Origin: Centroscyllium fabricii
Lineage: Eukaryota
DNA: 64,000 nt
Direction: 5' to 3'
Assembly (NCBI GenBank): GCA_051313645.2
Contig: JBNRSN020000025.1
Span: 79,174,001-79,238,000 of the forward strand
Part shown: positions 49,731 through 61,660 of the stretch, one piece after another
How the letters are laid out: every line of letters begins with the position of its first letter
Position numbering within the stretch: position 1 is the stretch's first letter
Translations under genes and position numbers: made by a program
Notes under the pieces: model-generated
Seen by the model: only the letters and a program-made list of their open reading frames with translations
The model's database searches: none
What the model was told of the DNA's origin: nothing

Positions 49731-51578
49731 ATTCAGATTCAGATTCAGATTCATTTTATTGTCACATCACAGATATACAGGTATAAATGCGAGTGAAAAA
49801 CTTGTGTGCAGAGCTCAACAGTGCAATAACAGAAGAACAAAAAACAATCATCAACCAATTTACAAGTTACAGTTTACAAAATACACATTACAAAATATAC
49901 TAGTAAGTATATAATATAAATACTAATACCAGGTGGGTATGAGCAAATTTGCAGAGTGCAGGTAGGGGTGTAAAGGTTCTGGGTGGACTGAAGGTGGTGA
50001 TAGTAAGGTGAATTGGTGAAGGGAGGTGCCTCTCTGTGATTCACAGTATACTGACCAGGGGGAGGGGGGAGTGTGGGAGGGGGGGAGTGCTGGCCCCGGC
50101 TGGCCCCAGGCTGTTGCAGTGAGCAATTGTTAGCTGTTCAGCAGCCTGATGGCCTGAAGGTAGAAGCTGTCCTGGAGTCTACTGGTCCGGGACCTAATGC
50201 TGCGATACCGTCTGCCAGACGGTAGCAGCAAGAAGAGTCTGTGGCTTGGGTGACTGGAGTCCCTAATGATCATCTGGGTCTTCAACAGACAGCGACTGGT
50301 ATAGGTGTCCTGGAGGGAGGGAAGCTCAACTCCAGTGATGTGCTGCGCCGTTCTCCACCCTCTGCAATGCATTGCGGTTGAGTTCAGTGCAGCTCCCGTA
50401 CCAGGCAGTGATGCAGCCAATCAGGATACTTCCCATGGTGCTGCTATAAAATGACCTGAGGATGCGGGGGCTCATGCTGAACTTCCTCAGATGACGAAGG
50501 TTGAAGAGGCGTTGTTGAGCTTTCTTCACCACATTTCCGATATGTTCTGTCCATGTGAGGTCTTCGGTGATGTGTACGCCAAGGAACTTGAAGCTGCTGA
50601 CCCTCTCTACTGCAGTCCCATCGATAGTGATTGGGGTGTGTGTTCCTCCCCACTTCCAGAAGTCCATGATCATCTCCTTGGTCTTGTTGGCATTGAGGGA
50701 GAGGTTGTTATCCTGGCACCAATGTGTCAGAGCTCCGACCTCCTCCCTGTAGGCCATCTCATCGCCATCGGAGATCAGGCCCACCACCATCTTGTCATCC
50801 GCGAATTTGATGATGAAGTTGGAGCTCTGCGTGGCCACGCAGGCATGGATATACAGGGACTATAGGAGAGGACTGAGCACACATCCCTGGGGGGCTCCCG
50901 TGTTAAGGGTCAGTGGAGAGGAGGTGATGCTGCCCATCTTCACCACCTGGCGACGGCCCGACAGGAAGTCAAGGATCCATCTGCACAGGGAGATGTTCAG
51001 GCCCAGGGCCCTGAGCTTGGTGTCAAGCTTGGAGGCCACTATGGTATTGAACGCTGAGCTATAATCCACAAACAGCATTCTCACATAGGTGTTCCTCCTG
51101 CCCAGGTGAGAGAGGGCAGTGTGCAGTGCAATGGCAATTGCATCGTCAGTGGATCTGTTTTGATGGTAGGTGAATTGCAGTGGGTCCAGGGTAGCAGGTA
51201 GCACGGAGCAGATGAAGTCCTTTACCTGCCTCTCAAAGCACTTGCTTATGATAGAGGTACGGGCAACAGGACACCAGTCATTTAAGCAGGTTACTTTGGC
51301 CTTTTTGGGTACAGGGACAATGGTGGACATCTTGAAGTACGGGGGACAACAGACAGGGAAAGGCAGAGGTTGAAGATGTCAATAAACACTCCGGCTAGTT
51401 GATCCGCGCATGCTCTAAGGACGCGGCCAGGGATGGCATCTGGGCTGGCAGCCTTGCGGGTATTAACCCGCTTAAAGGACCTGCGTACGTCGGCCACAGA
51501 GATGGAGAGTGTACTGACCTCATCGGCAGCGGGGACTGCCTCCGGGAAGACAGGATTGTTAGCCTCGAAGCAAACATC
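49731..51578 (-). mobile_element. Rex1/Babar-type LINE, 5'-truncated
   Basis: [38 protein letters not shown]; (GAATCT)n tail. Confidence 0.9.
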
Positions 51579-51740
51579 TGAAAAATATGCCTGATCTGGG
51601 GTAGCCCTAAATGGGATAGGACTAGTAATTATCCCTTCAACATGTCATCAGCCAGTTTCCTTAAAGGGATCATGTGCAAATTTAGTTTGACAGATGTGCT
51701 GTCAGTGTTCTACAGCATTGAAGTGCTGCACACACTGACA

Positions 51741-51977
51741 ATGACTGCACAGAGGTGCACGGCTGCACCCAGGCTCGCCCATGATTCCCTCCATATGCTT
51801 ATGGAAGGAGTCACAGCATGCAGGGAGGCTCTCTTCTCTTCCAATGGGCGGAAGAGACCTCCCCAGGAAACCAACACAGGCTGGTTGCACATTGCACAGG
51901 AGGACACAAGCAGGGAGGTCATCACGAGGACCAGGCTACAGTTATGCAAACCTTTCAATTATCTCATTAGATCATGA
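51741..51977 (+). pseudogene. Harbinger Myb/SANT-like DNA-binding protein remnant
   Basis: APRLAHDSLHMLMEGV...REALF...GRKRPP...W..IAQE...RT..Q..K.FN pattern of Harbinger/NAIF1-type Myb domains. Confidence 0.7.
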
Positions 51978-52086
51978 ATCATTATTACAAAGCCACACTC
52001 AACCTTATCCTGATGTGCCACTCATCACATCCCCATCACTCTGACTTCCCTACCCTACTCCTGCATATCCTTATTTACATCAACTT

Positions 52087-52586
52087 ACCTTGCACAATAG
52101 AAAGCATACTGACAAGCTGCATCACTGTCTGGTATGGTAATTGCACTATCTCGGACCGGAAAACCCTGCAGCGGGTAGTCAAAACTGCCCAACGAATTAC
52201 CGGTACACAGCTACCGTCAATGGAAAGCATCTACCTCAAACGCTGCTTACGGAGGTCTATGAACATTATAAAAGACCCCACACACCCCAGCCACAGTCTG
52301 TTCGCCCCTCTGCCCTCCGGGAGACGCTACAGAGCAATTTGCACCCGCACGACTAGATTTCAGAACAGCTTCTTCCCCAGGGCTGTCAGCCTCCTGAACT
52401 CTAAAAAGAAACTCCGGTACCTGCACGCCTGATAATGAACTTTACTGTATGCAATTTATTTATGTAATTTATTTCTTTTGTCTACACTACTCTCGGGAGA
52501 GTCGAGTCTTCGTCTCGTTGTATTGTACTAGTACTCTGCAATGACAATAAAACTTGAATTGAATTGAATTGAATTGAATTGAATTG
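52087..52586 (+). mobile_element. Rex1-type LINE 3' end
   Basis: [15 protein letters not shown] and LPSGRRYR; (TTGAA)n tail; near-identical to 58691-59787. Confidence 0.9.
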
Positions 52587-52782
52587 CACCTTCACCCATC
52601 CTTCTCTATCTACATTATCACTTCCCCATCTCACTAGCCACTCCTCACACTCACTCTCATCCTCATCCAACCATACCAACTAACAACACACAAGGGTAGG
52701 AACTTGTGTGTTTTAGCCAATGTTCGTGTGAAGATTCTGTTAATGTGCTGTCAAACATTGAAATAATTATTTTGAACACTTT

Positions 52783-53682
52783 GGGCCCTGTCTTCCTGTG
52801 CTCCAGAAGAGCTGCACCCCCACGAAGGGGGGTCAGAAATGCCTCGTGGGGGGGCAGCTCGGGTGATTACCAGAAACGTGAAATCCTGTGCTGATGGGCA
52901 AGGGGCTTCAGCTTCCTCCCCAGGAAGACCTTGAGCTGCAGACTTCCTGTAGTCAGCTGCTCAATATACGGGCGTATCACGTGGGGAAGCCTCTCTTTTG
53001 CTGCCCATATAAAAAGGAGGCTTAAGAAGCTGCAGGCAGCTTTGAAAAGTGAAAAAAACAGGTTTAAAGTTTTTTTTAAATGTATTCCTTTGGAGATATT
53101 TGTTTGTGGTCTTACAGCTTGTAAATGTGAAGGTTTATATATATTTTGGTGATAGTTAAAAAAATCGGGAATTTGAACGCGATGTCAGCCGCTCTGAGAG
53201 CTCTCAGAGCGGCTGACATCGCGTTCAAATCCCCGATTTTTTCACTATCACCAAAATGTATAAAAACCTTCACATTTACAAGCTGTAAGACCACAAACAA
53301 ATATCTCCAAAGGAATAAAAAAAAAAATAACTTTAAACCTGTTTTTTTTACTTGGAGCCAAAAAAACCCTATCAGCAAAAAAGGCAGAAACTTTAAAAAA
53401 CCAGCTTCCTACAAACTTAAAAAAAACAAAAAAAAGGTGCTTCCCTACCTGATAATCTTCATCCCGATGGCCAATTCTGTGTTTCGTTCGGGGGTAAAGC
53501 CGACCTCAGGGGGCGTGGCTTTCACCCCGGACCAAAAAAAAGACGTCCACTCCGAACGAAGAAAAAACGGGATTTCCCACAGGAAGTCCCGCTGAGAAAA
53601 AATAAATAAATCACGTGCGGGTGCGCCGTGGGTGCACGTCTGCACGCACCCGCAGCAATCGGGCCACAGGAAGACAGGGCCC
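52783..53682. mobile_element. Harbinger-type MITE with a central palindrome
   Basis: 18-bp perfect TIR GGGCCCTGTCTTCCTGTG; TSD not clean. Confidence 0.8.
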
Positions 53683-55905
53683 AATTTGTTCTTGGACAAA
53701 TTTGCGTGCACCTTTGAAAATGGATTAGTGAATTGCAGTGAATGGTAAGACATAACGGTACCCCCCACAATGGCAATGTGTGTGGAAGGAATGGCTTGAG
53801 CATTGTAGGAATGCTTTAAGTTGCTGGTGTGGGGTGATGCCAACCCAGCACATCATGTGGCAGCCAGGGAGTACAGCGTCAAGTGAAGTAAATCTGGCCA
53901 TGGTGAGGCCATCCCTGGCATCCTGGGCAGCAATGTAGTCGGGTGCTGATGCCCTGTGTCCAGTGCAGCATCAAGTTGATTGCGGAGAAGGTTGGTGGTG
54001 TTGTTGGTGCTGATCATGGTAAGATTATGAGGACCAAGGTCAGATAGTTTCAAGGGCACCAATGCTGCTGCATTATATAGCAAGTGAAGTTGAGCTAACA
54101 CAAGCAATTTGCCAATGGTGAGAGAGGTTGTTCCTGTGAGGTGACACTGAATAGAGAGTTTACTCCAAACACTTGCAACCTGCATAAAGCTCAATCTGTC
54201 TTCCAAATGCAGTAAGCAACAGCTTCTGAACTTGGAAAGCGAACAGCTGTGAGATGGGAGCTTTTATAGCACATTTGCTGCTGTCAAGTAATGAGATGAT
54301 TCTATTGTCATACAACTCCCAACCTGCTTACCTGATGTGATCCTGAGCAGTGTGGACCCCGTGGGAGACTTGGTAAACTCTGAAAGTGAGCTCAAAATAG
54401 TTCTTAATGGTCTGTGAACAAGGTCATAAGGACCTGAATTGCCTCCCCCGCCGCTGTGTGTCGGGTCTGCTCAGTGCTGACAGACCCAACATTTGTGAAA
54501 AGGCACGTGGCAGCAGGTTGACAATGGGGTCCTGAGCCCCTGTTAAAAAAACTCATTTTCCCACCTGGTCTGCCACTGATCGCGCCCGTTGACCATCCTC
54601 CCCCTCTCCCCCACCCCCACCGGAAAATTCCCTCATAGTCACTGTTGTGATGTAGGAAACCCGGCAGCCAATTTATGCAGAGCAAGCTCCCACAAACAGC
54701 AATGTGATAATGACCAGACAATCTGTTTCTGTGATGCTGATTGAGGGTTAAATATTGACCAGGCCAATATAATGCATTTGGAGGTTTGAATTCAAACTGG
54801 GCTAAATTCAGGTTTTCTGAACAAGTTTAAATGATCCCAATTTAGAACAAGCGATGTTTCTCTCTTCAGACTGTCAGCAGGTATGCTCTGCCTAGCCGTG
54901 AGTTCAGAGCATTTGCATTCCTATTTCATGCCAGTTTTTCCGGAACCTGTTGAACGGATGTCTGCTGAGCATCCATTAACTGCAGTCAAGGTGAAGGAAT
55001 GTTGCAGTCAGATGGATGTAAATAAATCCTTCTCGCATACACCTTTGGATTGATAAACCATCACATAAATCTCACCGAGCTGTCTTAATTAATTTGGCTG
55101 TCGGTAACTGTAGCTTTGCACTCAGCACATCTGTTGTTGGGAAGAATGTTTAAGCCTCTCAGTAGACTATCCCAGTGCCTTAATGACTGAACACACACTC
55201 ACAATAACAGAGGAGCGATTCGTTAAAATCTGATTGTAAAAAGGAACTTTGCAAACTGCTAACTCAGCAGTTTAAACTTTACCCAATTAAAGAAACACTG
55301 CCAGACTAATGTAACCTTTAACATCACTTTTAATCCTGATCCCTTTCGTTAAGCTGGCTGCAAAAAAAAAACAGAAATCATTATTACTTTTATATTTCAA
55401 GATTTTAATAACATTCAGACAAAAACTTACAATCTTAGTCAATTGGTCGGAACAATATACAATATATATTATAGTTTATTGCAATGGTTTTACAGGTGTA
55501 AGTAGCACGAGCTTTCAGTTTATTTATTGAGATGATTTTAAGCTTTTAGTTCTTGAAAATTAACCAGTGTGACTCAACAAACAGAGCTGGTCCTGCGAAG
55601 AGATATATACAAGCTCGATTCAGGGAGCTCTCAAATGAAGAATCAGGCAGAATATTAGTTTCACTGTGTAAAGTATCTGAAAATAAACAAAAATCCAATG
55701 CACAAAACGTAAGGGCCGGATCTCGCTGGAGTAGGGCGTCTTGCCCCGTGTTACTCGTCAGTTAGACTTTTTTCTGCACCCTACTGCTCAAAGTGTTTGC
55801 TCCGTAACTTGCTGAAAGTGCGAGCCGATAACGGCGCGGAGATGGCAACCGGGCATCTGGGACCTTAGTGAACGATGGGACCAACAGTGCATCAACATTA
55901 ACAAT

Positions 55906-56670
55906 GGCCCAGAAATTGCAGTGGAGCCTTTGTGCGGGTGCAGTACCTGCTTAACGCACTTGAACTGCCCATATTCAGGTTTGCTTTTTTGCACTCAGAA
56001 ATTACCGTTAGCCCAGCCTGTCAGAGCTCCGTGCGACCTTCATGGGCATCTGAAGGGTGTAATTAGTGCAAGGTGGCTTTTGAGACCACCTGATTGGCAG
56101 GGAGCCAATCAGTGGAACCAATTCTCCGTTCAAAACTTCCACTGAGAAATCTGTGCAAGTTCTGAAAGGAGAGATTGCCCAAAAGACATCTAAACACAAA
56201 AATAAAATTTTACAAACACCACATTTTTTAAACATTACCCCAACTAACACAAATAACCTATTTTAAAGAAAAAATAAAAATTTGCAGAAAAGATTTTCTA
56301 CTTCCAACAGGTCTGAAAAAATACTTACCTGTCTTTAAAGTTATCAACAATTAAAAACCTGAAAAAACAACAATTAAAATCAATAAAATACACACTTACC
56401 AGATAAAAACGGATACTTACGACTGCTATTTCCCAGCATAGAAAATCCTGGTCTTGGTCCGTAGAAAAACTTGAAAAAAAAATCGGAATGTCTGGACGCA
56501 ACCCCTAATTCGCTGCTTCCTGCGCTGGACCTCGCAGGAACTCCAACCCCCCCGCTGGCCGGCATAGGAAAACCCGAAGCTGCGCTACCGGCTGCTTCCT
56601 GCCGGTTTAAGCTCTGGTGCGCTCGCACCAGAGCTGAAACCCGATATGGGCAGACTGCAATTTCTGGCCC
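55906..56670. mobile_element. Harbinger-type MITE
   Basis: TIR GG(C/G)CCAGAAATTGCAG; AAT/ATT flanks. Confidence 0.75.
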
Positions 56671-57153
56671 ATTATCACCTAAAAGTGATTCCCTTCTGTT
56701 GGAAATGTGTTGATAATAAACTAAAATGGCCCAGAAATTGGCCTCTGAGCGCATGAGTACGGACGGGGCACTCACGCATAGGCCATTGCAAACTGCTGGT
56801 TTCTTGCATGCACTGTGCATGGGTGGGAAACCGGCACTTCGTTCCCCGAACGAAGGGGTTACGAGGTGAAGCGCCTGCGCGGGAGTGGCAGCAACACGTG
56901 CGCATTGCAGTTATGCTTTTTTTACAGGATTTTCTGTCCGGGAAAGTGAGAAAAAGTTAGACACGAAAAAAGCAGGTGTAAGGCTGGCTTTTCCCAAGGT
57001 AAATGGTGAATTAATTCAAATTAAAATATTTTTTCCACAGGTTTATTATTTTTAAATACTTTAAAGAAAGGTAAGTTTATTTTTAGCCCCGTTAGGAAAA
57101 ATTATTAACTTTTTCAAAAGTTTAAATTATTGTTTAAAATAGTTATTTCATAT

Positions 57154-57548
57154 GGGCGGCACGGTGGCACAGTGGTTAGCACTGTTGCCTCACAGCACTG
57201 GAGACCCGGGTTCAAATCCAGCCTCGGGTACTATCTGTGTGGAGTTTGCACATTCTCCCCGTGTCTGCGTGGGTTTCCTCCGGGTGTGCCGGTTTCCTCC
57301 CACAATCCAAAGATGTGCGGGTTAGGTTGATTGGCCAGGATAAATTGACCCTTAGTGTTAGGGTGATTGAATATATGGGGATAGGGTGGGATATGTGTCG
57401 ATGCAGGCTCAATAGGGATTTGGGGAAAGGGCAGGGGCGGGCTGCTGGGTTTGGATGATCAGCCATGATCTCATTGAATGGCAGAGCAGGCTTGAAGGGC
57501 CGAATGGCCGACTCCTGCTCCTAGTTTCTTTGTTTCTATGTTTCTATG
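57154..57548 (+). mobile_element. Full-length V-SINE (HE1-like) with an alternative CR1 tail
   Basis: Box A 57165-57175, box B 57209-57219, V-domain; (TTTCTATG)n end. Confidence 0.92.
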
Positions 57549-57562
57549 TAATTTATAGTTAC

Positions 57563-57727
57563 TCAAAAAAAACTCCGGTACCTGCACACCTGAAAATGTA
57601 CTTTACCGTATGCAATTTGCATGTCATTTATTTGCACTACTCTCGGGAGCAGCGAGTCTTCATCTCGTTGTATTGTACTAGTACTCTGCAATGACAATAA
57701 AACTTGAATTGAATTGAATTGAATTGA
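57563..57727 (+). mobile_element. Rex1-type 3' UTR and tail fragment
   Basis: Matches 52400-52586. Confidence 0.85.
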
Positions 57728-57820
57728 AAATTGTGATGTTTTTTTTAATTTATTTTAAGTTTCAGTGATATTTTGGGGCTTGTAGAATTCATAGTTTTGA
57801 CAGCTCTTCCTATCAAACTT

Positions 57821-57910
57821 GTGATTTAAAATAAAACGTTGGACTATAAACCTGGTGTTGTGTGACTTTTTGCATTTGTCCACCCCAGTCCAACACCGGC
57901 ACCTCCACAT
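57821..57910 (+). mobile_element. 90-nt Penelope-like (P1) pLTR 3' end plus tail
   Basis: 10-bp TSD TATCAAACTT; near-identical to the reverse complement of 38164-38253. Confidence 0.88.
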
Positions 57911-58690
57911 TATCAAACTTATGAATAGAGCATTCTCTGATCTGATTGGCTCTCCGTGGGCTACGTGATCTGTCGCACTAACTGCGCCACTGGGATACGA
58001 GAGCACAGTGCGCCGGCAGTTGAAGCAGGCCCCGCATTGGAATTCCACGCTCACAGCTCAACGTCCGGCGCGCTAGATAAGTGCCGGTCGGAGGCTTACA
58101 CTCGCAGGAAGCCTCCAACCCGAATTTCTGGGCCAATGAAAATAGGGGAAATAAAATGGAGGGCTTGTTAAGCGTTTGCTAATATTGGGGATATTGGGAA
58201 AACAGATCCATCCCTCTGGAACTCCCATCCAATTAGAAACAATTTGAAGAAGATTTTTTTTGTTAGATCTGCCTGTAATTTACAAACAGAAGCGTGAGTT
58301 TCCAGTATTTTCCTCTGTGTGTGAAGTTAAAGAAAAAATATTTTATTAACTTATCATAAAAAACAATGACAGTTTCATTACACAGAATTTCTTCACATGT
58401 CCACTTTCAAGAAACTATACCCCCAAGTCACAGTGCCACACTATCGGAATCAAACTGGCTGCTTTCTGAGCGATTCAAGAGGACATCCTGCTATCAACTC
58501 CCAACTGAAGCCTACGTTCACACATGGTCCTTGCAGACGGTCGTGACCTCCACACTCTGACTATTGTTGTTGCTCCAGCTCGATATGAAGCACGAGCTGT
58601 TTCCAAAACATGCCCATAGTTTCAGCATTGCAAGGCATATCTGTGGCAGACTTCGACTGGGAGCCCACGTACTGTAGATACTGTTGCTGA

Positions 58691-59787
58691 TTCAATTCAA
58701 TTAAATTCAATTCAAGTTTTATTGTCATTGCAGAGTACTAGTACAATACAACGAGATGAAGACTCGACTCTCCCGAGAGTAGTGCAAATAAATTACATGC
58801 AAATTGCATACAGTAAAGTACATTATCAGGCGTGCAGGTACCGGAGTTTCTTTTTAGAGTTCAGGAGGCTGACAGCCCTGGGGAAGAAGCTGTTCTGAAA
58901 TCTAGTTGTGCGGGTGCAAATTGCTCTGTAGCGTCTCCCGGAGGGCAGGGGGGCGAACAGACTGTGGCTGGGGTGTGTGGGGTCTTTAATAACGTTCATA
59001 GACCTCCGTAAGCAGCGTTTGAGGTAGATGCTTTCCATTGATGGTAGCTGTGTACCGGTAATTCGTTGGGCAGTTTTGACTACCCGCTGCAGGGTTTTCC
59101 GGTCCGAGATAGTGCAATTACCATACCAGACAGTGATGCAGCTTGTCAGTATGCTTTCTATTGTGCAGCAGTAGAAGTTGGAGAGGATGCCGGATGACAG
59201 CCTGGATTTCTTCAGCTTCCTTAGGAAGTACAGGCGCTGTTGGGCCTTCTTAACCAGAGAGGAGGTGTTTAGTGACCAGGAGAGATCTTCCGAGATGTGG
59301 TCCCCGAGGAACCTGAAGCTGGACACCCTTTCCACCTCAGCCCCTTGGATGAAGATGGGGGGGTGTCTTCTGCTTCCAGTCCTCCGGAAGTCCACTATGA
59401 TCTCCTTGGTTTTCTTGGTGTTCAGTGCCAGGTTGTTTTCGGCACACCAACCCACAAGGCGCTGGATCTCATCCCTGTAGGCTGACTCGTCGTTGTTGGT
59501 GATCTGGCCAACCACCGTGGTGTCATCCGCAAACTTGATGATCGTGTTGGAGCCATGGACAGCCGCACAGTCGTGAGTGAAGAGGGAGTAGAGGAGGGGG
59601 CTCAGCACACAACCTTGTGGGGCCCCTGTGTTCAGGGTAAGTGGGGGGGAGGTGAGGTTGCCTAACTTCACAGACTGTGGTCTGTTGGTTAGGAAGTCCA
59701 GGGTCCAGTTGCAGAGGGAGGTGTTCAGGCCGAGGGTGAGGAGTTTGGTAGACAATTTGCTGGGGACGATGGTGTTGAATGCTGAGC
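58691..59787 (-). mobile_element. Rex1-type LINE, 5'-truncated, with open RT C-terminal frame 58826-59755
   Basis: [28 protein letters not shown]; (TTGAA)n tail. Confidence 0.92.
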
Positions 59788-59851
59788 CTTTGTTCTTTCA
59801 GCCCCCCCCCCCCCCACTCCCCCCCTCCCCCCCCCCCCCCGCCGCCTTTCC

Positions 59852-61503
59852 TGTAAGGTCGCAATATTCCAAGTCAAAACGGATTTACAAAGACCAGAAA
59901 CGAAGGGATGGAGTATACATGTTTCTTTTATTGAACAATGGCAGACAGGACAGGCTGCGGCCTGATCAGAGAAAAGGGGCCTCCAAGATGGCCGCCGGAC
60001 CACATGGCATAGTGTAAAACGAAACCAAAACCCAATTCGAGAAAGCCCGCGAAGAAGCCAGACATGAAGGCGCTGTTAAACCTGTAAATAAGTAGCCAGC
60101 CCCTCAGAAACCGCTCAGCCCCACAAAGAAATGCACCCAGTTAAATAAGCACCCGATAAAGCTGCAAATATTGAAATTACTGGCCGTTTAGCCAGACACA
60201 AGATTTACACAGCAAGCCCGCATTAAAGCGATTAGCACCCTTACAAAAACAATGGGGGCTCTAACGGAGAGGTTAGGGTGCCATCAAACCATTACCAGCA
60301 GGCTTGGCTGAACAAAGGAATGCAGTAACCGTTTTCAAAACACAATACCTGCCTAATGGGAAAGACATTAGCTTCATAGTATAACTGGCAGGACATTTCT
60401 ACAATTCGCTCTCTTGGAAAGCGCTCTTGGAAAGCTCTCTTGGAAATCTCTTCTTCTTCTGTGGGCTCTCTGGAGAGAGCTCTCTTCACATCTCCGACTC
60501 TCTGGAAGAGGGGGTCTCTCGAATATCTCGCAGCGTGGAAATCTCTCTTGAAAAAGAGCTCTTGGAGAAGGCTCTTGGAGGCGACCTCTTGAAGCGGTGA
60601 GGTCCCTGAACAGAACTTTTGAGCTTTAGCAGTAACTTTGGGTGGGCTCTCTGTTTCGAAGACTCCAGTTCAGCTTTCTGGGTGCAGGGCAAGCAGGGTG
60701 CAGGCTCTGGCAGGACAGCAGAGTTGGGTCAGGGCAGTATCGCATTGGAAAACCATTGCTGGTGAGGTAGTTGGTTGTTGGGCCCCATTAGTAGCATCTT
60801 GTTGAACACGGCGATTAAGCTAGCGTCGGAAGAGTGGGAAAGCAAGTAGGCTAGCAGCCCGTTACAGTTCGGCTTGAGAGGGCAGGATCGGCATACCCCA
60901 GGGTCCGGTTCAGCCAGGGAGACGGTGCGGTTGGTGCGAGGAGATAGAGCAGCCTCGAGGAACCCGTCCGGGACCAGCCCGAGCAGGAGCGACCGCCGCC
61001 CAAAGGGAGAAGACAACAAGTGGACTCCCGAATCTTCCACAGCCACGTGACGACCGACGCTGCAGCCGAGGAAACGAAGGACTTCGTAGCAGACCCCGAG
61101 TATTACCGAGTGGTGAGCATGTGCCTCGATCCTACACACCTGGACATAGCTAGGCAATAGAGGGAAGGGTGGTTTATTTGGGGTGTATTTGTAGAGTCAT
61201 TGCCCCGATTTACGATGTGCCGTGCGTTCCCCATCCTATAAGTTACCTGTGTATGTGCATATATATATCTGTTTGGGAAACAATTGTTGGTGTATCATAC
61301 TGTGTCGTTCCGATGAGATACAACCTAACTGCTGTAAATATATCCTGTGGTGCACCTAAGTCCAGCGTCTAGAACCGTAAGGGTGAGCGATTCGAACCGC
61401 TCGCGGGGGAGGAGGTTATTGCGCGAGGCCTAGCGGACTGCTAGCGCAAGGCAGCAACGGACCCCAAGTCGTACAATAAAATATACGGCGCACGCTCCTT
61501 ACA
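59852..61503. mobile_element. Large solo LTR-like element (1652 bp)
   Basis: TGTAAGG...CCTTACA termini; 4-bp TSD TTCC; no recognisable ORF. Confidence 0.75.
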
Positions 61504-61660
61504 TTCCCCAGCCCCAGCCCCCACAGGCTTTAAAATCTATCTCCCCTCCCGGCTTCTCCAGTTTTGAAGAAAGGTCATCGACCTTAAACGTTAACTCTGC
61601 TCCTCTCTCCACCGATGCTGCCTGACCTGCTGAGTTTCTCCAGCATTTTCTGTTATTATT
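61504..61660 (+). mobile_element. Penelope-like pLTR fragment (P2) with a degenerate hammerhead core
   Basis: AGTT-TTGAAGA-AAGGTCATCGACCT-TAAACGTT-AACT; homologous to 13151-13247. Confidence 0.7.

Larger units (their letters stand above)
44473..51639 (+). mobile_element. Solo LTR (~0.88 kb, possibly ERV-like) split into 44473-44742, 49187-49730 and 51579-51639
   Basis: TGAAGG...CCTTCA termini, TATAAA at ~49399, AATAAA at ~49606; interrupts a GATGACA/TGTCATC dyad; TSD imperfect. Confidence 0.55.
44287..54634. mobile_element. Internally deleted Harbinger transposon hosting multiple nested insertions
   Basis: Degenerate GG...ATTTT / AAAATTCCC ends; Myb/SANT remnant on plus; transposase-like C-terminus DYIAAQDARDGLTMARF on minus (~53890-53940). 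Confidence 0.6.
44195..54765 (-). mobile_element. SacSINE1-like SINE split into 44195-44286 and 54635-54765
   Basis: Joined halves reconstruct the reverse complement of 10445-10620. Confidence 0.7.
56728..58134. mobile_element. Harbinger-type MITE hosting SINE, Rex1 tail and PLE insertions
   Basis: TIR GGCCCAGAAATT; 3-bp TSD AAT. Confidence 0.8.

Noticed and set aside
53112-53595. Mirror ORFs sharing AMSAALRALRAADIA on both strands
   Set aside because: Consequence of the DNA palindrome.
57154-57230. tRNA-like box A and box B
   Set aside because: SINE head continuous with the V-domain and LINE tail; not a tRNA gene.
59801-59840. Poly-C tract
   Set aside because: Simple low-complexity run, probably part of the pLTR that continues at 61504; length may be sequencing error.
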